DNA of 42,311 nucleotides from Hydrurus foetidus (taxonomy: Eukaryota). The stretch's first letter is position 1, and the number at the start of each line of letters is the position of its first letter. A program made the translations under genes and the position numbers. The notes below the pieces were generated by a model. That model saw only the letters and a program-made list of their open reading frames with translations, was not told the DNA's origin and ran no database searches. Location: positions 1 through 42,311 of the forward strand of contig UYFQ01000525.1 of the NCBI GenBank assembly GCA_900617105.1. The letters run 5' to 3'. Below are positions 1-10,203 of this stretch, one piece after another.

Positions 1-18
1 TTTATTTTTATAGAAACA

Positions 19-3000
19 CTACTTAGTGTTATTTTTTTGTTTTACGACACGTAAAGATTTATCAATTATTTCATTAGTCAACTTATCAAATATTTGTTTT
101 GTGACTCGTTTTGTTCCAATATCTGAATTATTTTCGGCAGATGTTATTTTAACTAGTACACATGTACCATCGGCGTATTTTTCTTTAAGGAAATTTTCTG
201 TTAGGTCAAGATGACGTAACCCTCTTGTCATATGTGTTACAACTGAAGCATCTACACATGCTTTATTATCTTCTTCAATTACTGTTGGAGATTGTGTCCA
301 ACCCATTTGATTTAACATACCACGATTCGCAATGACTTCACATTTTAATGTGTGATTAACTGCTTTTATTTCTGATTCTGCTGTAGATGTTGATATACTA
401 CCTTGATCTGTTGAACACCAACATATTAATGCGTCACCCAAATACCCAAGGTATGAGGTTTGCGAATGTAGAGTGTCAGGATTACCAGCAAGGTCTGCAT
501 CACATTGAAATCTTAATTGCAATATTCTTGTCATTGTTGAAATGTCTCGTGGTCCATCATGAGTTTTAAACATTAATCGATCATTTTTCGAATATTTAAC
601 ATATCTAAGTAAATGTTTAGCAAATTCAATATGACGAGGACCTGGGTTATTACCATAGCGGGATAATACATTGAGTGCGTACATTATGGCAACCAAAGTA
701 TGTACTACACCGTACATTAATTGACCCACGATTCGTCGGTAAGGAAATTTACTGCATTCAGATAATTGTGCTGGAGTTGCATTATCTAATTTTGATAAAC
801 TGAGTTTATCTAATGGGTATGGCAATGTTTCGTCTTTAGCGTTTTTCATTCCAATTCCATCGATAATGTCTTCTACCATTCTTGTTTGATCAATGAAATA
901 ATTAAAGTTTTCATCGCAAGTAATACGAATGCCTACAAATTCTTTGTCAGTGCAGTCAGTTACTTTGTATTTATGGTTAAAATTTTGAGCAGTAAATCCC
1001 ATTCTGCAATATCTTTTAAATCACCAAACCATCGGAAATCATCACTATGAGCCATTAACAATAGTATTCTGTCATCGATCCATTTGTAAAATAATTTCAA
1101 ATCCCATGGTGTATTTTGATATCCACACTCCATTACACATTTGTCAAATTCTATACTAAAATTTTGACCGGCTGTTGGAGTTCCGTATAAATTGCCAATG
1201 GATTGTATGCACATTCCGAAAGGTATTTTATATCCTTCAGGAGTTCTTATAAATATTGGGTAATCTTTATTTGCACGTGTTACTAAATAAGCACCTTCTA
1301 AATCGCCACCCCGCATTGTGAGTTTATATTTTGCAGCGATAGCAAGGCAAATCTTAATAGAACAAGCACAAACATTTCCACAATATACTTGGTCTGGATG
1401 GAAATGAACCCAAGGTTGCATTAGATCACCACGGCCAACAAGTCTAGCTTTAAAAGTACCATCAGTTTTAATACTAAAAAGCCATAGCATTGATACTAAT
1501 TGTTGACCATTAAAAGGAACAACAATAAAGCAATCATTTTTGGCGAATTTCTCACATTCTTTATCAATGGCTATTTTCCACGCTGGAATTTGAATAGCTT
1601 GTTTAAAAGATTTAGGAATTCTAGGATCAACTGGTACACCTAATTTTGAATAATGCTGTGATTCACACATTACTTTTGCATATTCATCATTCTTTACTTG
1701 AAGACTATACCAATAGACTGGTTCATTTTGATCATCAGTGTATGGCATGTTTACAATATTAATATTTTCGTTATTGACATCTTCAGATGGTATTGGTGTA
1801 TGTTGTTCTTTTTCACATGGAGGAGCGAGGACTTGAGACCGTTCAGGAAAGTCAGGTTCAAAAGTATCTTCGACTATCTCAACATGTGGTTCAGCTAATT
1901 CTCCTTGTAATTCGAGAGGAGCAGCTGGTCGATGTAGGAAAGGGACATAGTGATCTGTATTAACAAATTCACGGTCATAAGGCTCTTCGTCATCAACATA
2001 GATCTTAAAGTCTATGGATGGATCAAAGATGACATCTTTACTTTCACGTACTTTACCGTACTGACCATTTGAATATGGTAGTACAAAGTAATTGGGAAAC
2101 AAGAGAAATGTGTTGGAATAACCGACAAATCGAGCTTTATATGCTCGGCGACTACCCAACTTAACTCTGTCTGCTAGTGGTATAAACACATAACATGATG
2201 CCCAAAACGGTTGCAAATATTTGATATTTATTGGTTGGCCTGTTATTTTCATGTATGGTGAAGTTCCTATGACAGTACTGAAATTGTATGATGCTGTGTC
2301 ACATGCATACTTCATAGCTAAATCCCAGAATGATTGAGGCACAGGAATATCAGGGCTTAACATTGCGACGTTAGTTTTGGCAACAATGTGGCCAACTGCG
2401 CGCTCAGCAATACCGCCAGCATGTTTGTCACGTGCCGGTGTACGTTCGAGGCTGTAACCCTTGGAGGAGGCGAATGCGAGGAACTCGAACGATTTATAGT
2501 TGCGTTCAGGGTCTACTCGAATGAACCGACGAGTGTCAGTATCATGAACATATTGCCATTCTGGGTGTTGGCAGAATAGTTTATTGCTTTGTTCACATAA
2601 TTCATGTGCTGATCTATCTTTGGTGAATACTGGATAACTACGACGTGTAGCTATATCAGTGTATATATCACAATACTTGTATCCACGTGTGGAATATGAA
2701 GTATGAGAATAAGCATCGAGTGTGAAACATTGTCCAGGTTTATTAGGAAGATCGCGATGCTCTCGTCTGTGATCGGTAGGTGTTTGATGCATCGTACCGT
2801 ATACACAACCTTTGCATGCACCCCGTTGTTTGGACGCATCTTCCTCGGAGTATTTTGCTCCCGTGGAATTTTTGAGATGCCAGGCCATGCCTGCATTACC
2901 GGGATGTCCGGTTACCATATGTACATGATCATACAATGAAACAGGTTTAAACTGAGTCAGGTATAATTGTAATGGTATTGTAGTCGTCTTATGAATAGAC

Positions 3001-3872
3001 TTATTAAGAGGGATATTTTGATTGGATATAGGCATTGGAGATGTCGGATTTATAATAGGAACTTGGACTGTATTATTGACTGGTCCATTATTGTAATTAT
3101 CATCAGGACCCTTATATACATAGACACCATTGGATAAGAATCCACGAACTATTTCCTTTCCGTGATCATGCATGAGTTGCATAGGGTGACGTACGCTTGC
3201 TATTGTAAAACAACGTAGACCTTCCGATGTAATGAAGACACCATTAGGCTCACCGGATATACCACCATGACATAATTCGGATATTGATATTAGAGTTTCT
3301 TTCATTCCTGGCATTAGTATAATGTCTAAACCAAGGGGGCCATATTTGCCGGAAGCTTGGGAAGTAACTGGTGGACCAAAAGCTGGAGTAGCTTTGACAC
3401 CATTACCATAGACTATATTATCAATCAACGAAGCATCAGACGTAGCACAGGTAGAAGCACCAGAATCAAAAATAATTTGATGAGGTGTTTGTTTTATAGC
3501 TTTAAGATGAGAATTGGTACGAAGGACGTTCAGATTATAATAGTAATCGAACAAAGTCGTATCAGGAGTTTCAGGAGTAATTATATGATATAAATCTGGA
3601 GGGACATGTACTACTTCTGGTGGAGGAATTTCTTCAATTATGGGTAGTACTATATTTTCAAATTCATTATCATTATTAATTTCATTATGAATTTCATTTT
3701 CAAAGTTTATTTGCTGTTGAGCTTCATTAAGAAAATTGTCAACTTGAATGGCATCATGGGCTTCTACAGGTGGGTCATTGGGATCATCAACTGTTGAATC
3801 AGTGTCATAATCCTCAAATTGACGTCTTACTGCAGCATTATTTTCTTCTGTAGCTGTGACAGCATTATACAT
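19..3872 (-). pseudogene. pol: copia pol (protease, integrase, reverse transcriptase, RNase H) with a frameshift near 980-990
   Basis: ORF 960..3872 has DSG protease, integrase and RT (KARLVGRG, GNLYG, HSDD). ORF 19..1002 continues RT/RNase H (FPYRRIVGQLMY, DADLAG) in another frame, with the break at a short A/T run. Confidence 0.9.
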
Positions 3873-3891
3873 ATCGTCAGCTAGATTGCTG

Positions 3892-4740
3892 TCAGGAATA
3901 GTGACGATCTAGAGACATGTCAATCAAATTGTTGGTAAAAACGTCACGAGGACCATCACGGTATCCTTTGAGTGGATAATAGGTTACTGGGTAGGGTTCA
4001 ATGTTCCAGAGGAAAGATCTCGGATCTTGGTAGTACATGACTTCGAATGGATCTGTGGACTTGTAAGGGGAGGTATTAACTAAAGAAGGAATATCAGGAA
4101 TATAGGTAGTAGGAGTAGAGATAAGACGGATTTGTGTAGGAGAGGAGTGTGGAGTATCATTCATTTTGGACACTTTTTCATTGTTCTGTTCATCAGAATT
4201 AATAGATGTGTCTTGTTGTGTTTGGTCGACTGACTCTTTTCTTGCACTATTTACTGTATCATATTTCCTTTTTGTATATTTTGACATTGTTTCTATTAAC
4301 ATATTTCGATACCTTTGATTACGTTCTTGAGGAGTTTCTGGATTATTTTCGTCATCATCACTTATATTTTTGGACCATTTATTCATTACTTCTTGTTCAT
4401 CGTCACTTAACTCAACAGATTCAACGTCACTGTGGAAGTAATCGTTGAGGTCGTTATCACTCCGAAGTCGTGTTAACGTTTGACAATATGCATCATAGTC
4501 GATGATACGACGTTCGCCAATAAGAGCAGGAGACTCATATACTGGATCAGGTCGATATACTGGACGAGATGGTGGAGGAATGGGGCTAGGGATGTATACA
4601 CGTTGTGAAGGGGAGAGAACAGGACTAGGCTCACTTTCAGGGCCGCTGTCACTACCACTACTTGTATCATCGTGCCTAAGATTATCATCATCATCGTAGT
4701 GTTGTAAACCACGTGGACTTGAGTGGGACCCGTGACGCAT
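3892..4740 (-). CDS. low-complexity acidic/Pro-Ser spacer of the element A polyprotein, frameshifted relative to both neighbours
   Basis: 282-aa ORF between gag and pol on the same strand. The pol frame is open across its stop (IPDSNLADDMYN), indicating a frameshift rather than a separate gene. Confidence 0.55.
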   Translation of the reverse strand: MRHGSHSSPRGLQHYDDDDNLRHDDTSSGSDSGPESEPSPVLSPSQRVYIPSPIPPPSRPVYRPDPVYESPALIGERRIIDYDAYCQTLTRLRSDNDLNDYFHSDVESVELSDDEQEVMNKWSKNISDDDENNPETPQERNQRYRNMLIETMSKYTKRKYDTVNSARKESVDQTQQDTSINSDEQNNEKVSKMNDTPHSSPTQIRLISTPTTYIPDIPSLVNTSPYKSTDPFEVMYYQDPRSFLWNIEPYPVTYYPLKGYRDGPRDVFTNNLIDMSLDRHYS

Positions 4741-4835
4741 TTGATCTGATGGTTCGTTTGCTAAACTGGGAGAATCTGCGCGCGAGTAAATGACTCTAAT
4801 TAGAGGTTCATTTCTAGGACGAAAGCTAGTACCAT

Positions 4836-7800
4836 CTATAGGTCGTTCTTGAACGGATAGACATTCATCAACTTTTTTGTTAATGCGGATGAGAGAGCTC
4901 GTTTGATGGGATCTTTGATGGGTTTAATTAATCGGGCAATGAGAAGAAAGGTTGCTTTGATTCCATTATAACAGAATGAAGGTTCTGTTTGTGCTTCGAT
5001 ATCATTTAAGAGAAAACGACGAAGGAAATCTTCCTTACGTGGTGTAGACTGATCATGATAGTAACCCAAATGTTGACCGGCAAATGCCATGAAGTCAAGT
5101 ATAACAGCATGTATTACTGTGTCAACGAACAACATGTTATGATTAACAGTATTGTGATGAGCACTCTGCTCGAGTCGTCGAATGAGTTCAACATATTCAC
5201 TCACAGTAGTCATCTGGGACCAGAAATGTCCGATGCGAAGTGAAGTGAGATAGTACTCTCTGCTGGCAGCATAAGGGTTGAATGTCATAAAGTGCCGTGA
5301 TGAGGCCACTTTTTCAGCAGAAGGAAGGATGACTATTGATTGCATTAATGTAGATGCAATACAATACATCAGATGCATCCATGGGACTGTACGATCACGA
5401 ATGTCCTTACGTTTACGCGCCATAGGATTCGAATGCCATTGAAAGATGTCAGTATATTGATTATCTCTTTCCTGATTATCTTTGATAGTACGTGTACGTT
5501 TCCACAAGAAATGGAATGGTGTAATAGATACCGAAGGATCAGTTCTATTATAGTGCGGAACATGTCTGTGAAAGACGTAATATTGTTCGGCTAGAAGTAT
5601 CGACGCAATAATAGCGCGAAGAGGGATGGTGCATGCGGAGTATTCATTATTTACATTTTGAAGTAAACATCTCTGATTGTTTTTTAAATCATTCTCTGTA
5701 ATCTTATTTGAATAATCTTTATTATGACAAGAATTATCTAACCGTTGCGTCTTTAATATACGCTGATTATTCGGGTCGATTCGAATTCTCATTAGTGTAT
5801 TAGCTTTCTCACCATGCGTTGTATATGCAGGCTGAGATGGATTGCCCCAACTGGAGAACGCTTGAACACGATGCTCAGTGGGTGTAGTGGCTTGATTTAG
5901 TACCTCTTCCAAGGTCTTTAATTTCTTAATTTGATTTTGAGAATATCCGCCAGCATATCTGCCATGAGCATTGCCAGACATAGGTCCCACAGAATCAAGT
6001 TGAATTTGAGTTAACTTGAAACTTGGGTTAGGATATACGGGATTAGCCGGTTGGGTTTTGGCCGAGGATACCGGATAATTATCACGACGAGGAGGTGTAG
6101 GAGGTCGAAAGTCTTTCGGCATAATTTCATGCTTATATTGACATTCTTGAGCCGACTTAGGGCACACATCCATATTGAACTTAAAACAAAAGCCTCCGGC
6201 AGCTAGTCTCTTTTTGTCACTATTCCGACTGTCAACTTTTGGTGGTTGAGTCTTGGCATTCTTTTGACTGGCTGACTTATTGGGGTCATAATTGTTATTA
6301 GGTTTGTACTTGTTTTGAAGAGGAGGATTTGGAGGAGGAGCACCAGAATTTGAAAGAGTATTTTGATATAGGATATGAGGCTCGGTACTACTGGAAGTCA
6401 TATTGGAGGTATCGAAACTTGCAACACGAGATGTGGTATTTTCGGATATGAGATCGTATGTACGGAGAAGTTTCTCTATAATCAGACTATAAGATTCATT
6501 ACTGGACGCACTTGAAACGAAGCAGGATTGTATTTGGGATCTGGGATCATCTTTGAATTGATCTGATAGCCAAGATATTTTTTCAACTTCAGTTAGGCGC
6601 CGCATTTGGGCATGCTCGAGGTTAGAGAACGCAGTTTCCCATCGAGAATATTCTGTCCGCATTGGGGAATGTATATTTACTTTATGATTTTCAAGAGCGC
6701 GTTTGGCGAACTTAATATCGATTTGCTTCTGACCGAACACAAATTGATGAATATCATGATATGCATTAATCCCATTGCGGGTGGATTCGCTTTGGATTGT
6801 AACATGATGGTGAAGATTTTGATGAAACATGGCGAATACCAATGAATACAATCTCTCATTATCATATTTAAACTTAAAGGCATCGTCTTCTTTCAACATA
6901 ACGTCCTCGAAATGAGTTGTGTTATTCGTAGAGAAGACAGATGAAGAATCCTCATCAGTTTGAGAAAGAACAGGTATGTTAATTACACGGCTTTCTGAGT
7001 AACCGTACTTATTTACTTCAAGATCTATGACAGGTTGCGGACGATGTCCGGTCAAGAGAGTAAGTAAATCAGCATTGGCTAATGTAGCATGTAATCCCCG
7101 TAATCGACGAAATTTGTCGGGGGTATGCATATCTATCTTATTCTTTTCGCATTCACTTATGAAGACTTGCGCAACTTTGATATATGTAGTCTGAGGGACT
7201 AATCTATGCCGGAGTTTTGGCGTTCTTCTATTATAGCTTTCCTCAGATTCATACTCATGAATATTTGGAGGAGAAGAGGATTGTCTAATATTTTCCGCAC
7301 GTTCTTGCTGGGATCTATTAGATGTGTTGTTATTATTCGGACTGCGTTGTTGTTGAGAACTATTGTTATTATTCCAACTAGGACTTTCGCGCCGACTATA
7401 ATTTTGGTTCCACGCATCAGAATCGCGTCGTTGTTGAGAAATATTATTGTTGGAGTAGCTGAATCGATCAATATTCATAGGGTTGGAAAAATTTTTGCCA
7501 GAGTTTCCCCCCTCATTATTCATTGAATTGATTTTTCTTATGCTAGTTTGCTCAACATTCTCGGACATATACGCACTGGACATTCTCACAATGGGTGGAT
7601 TCGCCCGAGGTAATAGGGTTCGAGAGTGGGGCTGATCGCGCAACGGCAGATCCGCCCGTAGAGCAATGTCGACTGTCCCATAAGGGGCATCAACCTTCGC
7701 ATCATTCTCTCTCTGCCTAAGAACTCGGGCAACTTCCCTATCTACAGCTGCCTGGAAGGCAGAGCTATCAAACACAACGTCAACGTTGGTCTCAAGCACC

Positions 7801-7982
7801 TGCTCTTCCAAAGCAGGATCCATGTCGGACATATCATTATGCGGCGGAGGAGGGCCGTCGTCGGTGATTTCCTCGCTGAAGTCATCTTCGGCATCGGGTG
7901 AATCGCCACCGGCGCCAGATCTTGTTCGCATCATTGTGGACGGGGAATCGGGTAACTTATCTTTGAAGTCTTCAGGCTTCAA
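4836..7982 (-). CDS. gag: extended Gag with a copia gag-like core, a CCCH zinc finger and an unknown C-terminal domain
   Basis: 1048-aa ORF immediately after the PBS. It has a gag-like helical region (NGINAYHDIHQFVFG) and CFKFNMDVCPKSAQECQYKH (C-x7-C-x6-C-x3-H), and is homologous to ORF 9951..13379. The true start is probably an ATG slightly downstream. Confidence 0.8.
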   Translation of the reverse strand: MKPEDFKDKLPDSPSTMMRTRSGAGGDSPDAEDDFSEEITDDGPPPPHNDMSDMDPALEEQVLETNVDVVFDSSAFQAAVDREVARVLRQRENDAKVDAPYGTVDIALRADLPLRDQPHSRTLLPRANPPIVRMSSAYMSENVEQTSIRKINSMNNEGGNSGKNFSNPMNIDRFSYSNNNISQQRRDSDAWNQNYSRRESPSWNNNNSSQQQRSPNNNNTSNRSQQERAENIRQSSSPPNIHEYESEESYNRRTPKLRHRLVPQTTYIKVAQVFISECEKNKIDMHTPDKFRRLRGLHATLANADLLTLLTGHRPQPVIDLEVNKYGYSESRVINIPVLSQTDEDSSSVFSTNNTTHFEDVMLKEDDAFKFKYDNERLYSLVFAMFHQNLHHHVTIQSESTRNGINAYHDIHQFVFGQKQIDIKFAKRALENHKVNIHSPMRTEYSRWETAFSNLEHAQMRRLTEVEKISWLSDQFKDDPRSQIQSCFVSSASSNESYSLIIEKLLRTYDLISENTTSRVASFDTSNMTSSSTEPHILYQNTLSNSGAPPPNPPLQNKYKPNNNYDPNKSASQKNAKTQPPKVDSRNSDKKRLAAGGFCFKFNMDVCPKSAQECQYKHEIMPKDFRPPTPPRRDNYPVSSAKTQPANPVYPNPSFKLTQIQLDSVGPMSGNAHGRYAGGYSQNQIKKLKTLEEVLNQATTPTEHRVQAFSSWGNPSQPAYTTHGEKANTLMRIRIDPNNQRILKTQRLDNSCHNKDYSNKITENDLKNNQRCLLQNVNNEYSACTIPLRAIIASILLAEQYYVFHRHVPHYNRTDPSVSITPFHFLWKRTRTIKDNQERDNQYTDIFQWHSNPMARKRKDIRDRTVPWMHLMYCIASTLMQSIVILPSAEKVASSRHFMTFNPYAASREYYLTSLRIGHFWSQMTTVSEYVELIRRLEQSAHHNTVNHNMLFVDTVIHAVILDFMAFAGQHLGYYHDQSTPRKEDFLRRFLLNDIEAQTEPSFCYNGIKATFLLIARLIKPIKDPIKRALSSALTKKLMNVYPFKNDL

Positions 7983-7991
7983 TCGCTACCA
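7980..7991 (-). promoter_or_regulatory. primer-binding site TGGTAGCGATTG (probably tRNA-iMet)
   Basis: Directly abuts the LTR CA end. The same 12-mer follows the LTR of element B. TGGTAGC start matches eukaryotic initiator tRNA 3' ends. Confidence 0.8.
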
Positions 7992-8508
7992 TGTCAGTTG
8001 ATCAGGGACGATCAATGAGGTCGCAGGAGGCCAAGAGCACAAGCGACCAGGCGAAGAAGTTTGGGAGTTGAGTATCGAATATTCGTTAAGAATTAGAAAC
8101 TAAACACATGCGAATTGAAAAGACGTTGCATGATGAACATCATTCTACCTGCCGCAAGTCAATAAGATCTCATTCGTCATCCATTTCAGATTTGAATTTG
8201 AACTCGTAGATTTAAGCCTACGTTGACGAGCGACGAGATATACTTCAAACCATACATCACACATGGAAAAGTTCTCGTACCCTCATACCATAAAATCTGG
8301 AATCTATACTAAATATGCGGTCATGAACCCACAACAATGACACTATACATGATACGATAAGCATTGAGGAAGCGACTTAAAGTGATCATTGTATGTAGTT
8401 ATGAACTGCATATATGTACTTACGTATGAGATATTCCTAGCTACATATTGATGATTATAACGGCTATATACAGCTATAAATAGCACTTATCGCTGATATA
8501 AGCTGACA
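7992..8508 (-). repeat. 5' LTR of copia element A (about 517 bp)
   Basis: Bounded by inverted termini TGTCAG...CTGACA and adjacent to the PBS. The partner LTR is not in the window. Confidence 0.75.
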
Positions 8509-9684
8509 CACACAATAGTCAAGTGGAGGGGTTGAGATCTTAAAAGGTCCGGGATGTAGAAAAAACGGTGAAAATAATTAAAACGCCTTTGGCACGCCAT
8601 ACTTTTTTTGTATCGAGATGGAGAAAATGGAATTTCAACCCCTTTTTTTAACGCTGAGAAACACTGACAAAAAGCGAAATTCGGACACGAAAAAAAAGAG
8701 AAGCGAAATACGGAAAATCTAACTCCACCAATATAGATTTTCATGAAAATCTGTTTTGCGATTCGGATTCAGCGCACTTTTTAAAGTTGGACTGCTGATT
8801 TCGAAAATTTCTGGTATATTCATTGTTCGAAATATTTCGGTTCCCGCGAGTCCAGAATGAGAAATCGTCATTTTTGACGACAAATTGTAGCTGAGGCAGC
8901 GCTCGGACAAATTTGCTGTCATATTGCTTCTTGCGCAGAATGTTCGGATTAGTCTCGAAACCTGAACTCGTTTCAACGAGTTTAAGTGTGTTAGAAAAGG
9001 TTCTTTGAAATATGCATATTTGGCCATTTTTGGCCAAAACCGGACTACAAAAAAAGAGGCACTGGACGGTACAGTGTTTTCATGCGCTGGATCATGGACC
9101 TCACTCTGTTCGTACGGATGGTCTTTGTTCTAATCAGGATCGTGACAACTGACGAGAAGATGCAATTATTCGATTCGAAGTACATTAGTTGGGTTGTCCT
9201 GATTCCAGGTATCAGGAATTGTGAATGAAGGGGGATTTGATTTCACGCTATTCGATAATCGGAATTCAATCCCCTTCATTTCACATCCAGTAAATCACTA
9301 AAATATATGCGCACCCCTATTCATGCTACAGCCTAATACCAACAGGATTATGTACTATTTCAATTCATTGTATTGCGTGGTATGTCATATATATAAGAAT
9401 TGAGTTTTGCGAAGTAAATGAGACGCATGTTAATGTGTAGGGTGGGTAGGGTGGTGAGAAAAGCTATTCGACGCGATGATGCGCACAGCAACTACCACAG
9501 TGCGATGAAGTATATATTATCTTGCTAAAATACTGAGCATTCATCACACAATGACAGCGCAGGTATTGAGGTATTCTCAATTTTCATAAGCTTAACGGCG
9601 CGGGCATGAAAAGAATCCGCAAAATCACAAGTACAGTACGTGCGATGTATAGTGTGCGACCAAAAGACTCTCTCGAGTGGTTGG

Positions 9685-10203
9685 TCAGTAGGGAATCTCC
9701 ACGTAGAGGCCGTCTTGGACGGTTCCACGGGTGACCTCCTTTCCATGCTGAGCTACCAGTGCAATGCAGGGCAGGGCTGATGCAATTTCATAAAAGCGGA
9801 AGTCTTTATGAGTGAAGATGCCGATGAAGTGGTCCTTGGTAACACCGCCAGCGCAGAACTGGGAGACAGAGACAAGGGTGCTGTCGCTTAGTGCAGGGAG
9901 AAGGAGGGTGCTAAGCTCCAACGGTCCAAGGCTGCCTTGGTGTGTTGGTGTCATGGAGGGGCCAAATGCAGTTGTGACTGTGACGGATGTACTGACAGGT
10001 TCAATGCTGGTATGACGTTCGGAGCGTCCAGTGCCAGAGCGAGAAGCACCAGAGTCGAAGATGACCTTGTCGGGGATGTTGGGACTTGACGACGAATGTG
10101 TTGGGACTTGGAGTCGGAGGTACCGCCGGATGGTGCAGGAGGGCGAACTGATGCAAGCGGGGGGCGAGTACTGTTGAAGGCATGGCGGACATTTTTCGTA
10201 CAT
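9685..10203 (-). pseudogene. copia aspartic protease fragment
   Basis: VIFDSGASRSG...TAFGP...TLVSVSQFC aligns with element A's IIFDSGAS...PAFGP...TLISISELC. It is out of frame with gag and ends prematurely. Confidence 0.85.

Larger units (their letters stand above)
1..8508 (-). mobile_element. Ty1/copia LTR retrotransposon A (3' LTR lies outside the window)
   Basis: Domain order gag-PR(IIFDSGAS)-INT(HxHxxxGH...CxxC; DAY/VDPE/GIAER)-RT-RNaseH(CDADLAG, STAESE, EDNKAC) is copia-type. The 5' LTR and a PBS lie upstream of gag. Confidence 0.95.

Noticed and set aside
8509..9076. Possible non-autonomous DNA transposon with CAC-starting ends (cacacaatagtcaagtg / cactggacggtacagtg)
   Set aside because: Only about 11/17 inverted match and no clear TSD; cannot be supported without copy-number data. 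The small ORFs here look spurious.
9077..9684. Candidate 3' LTR of copia B
   Set aside because: No visible similarity to 13389-13896.
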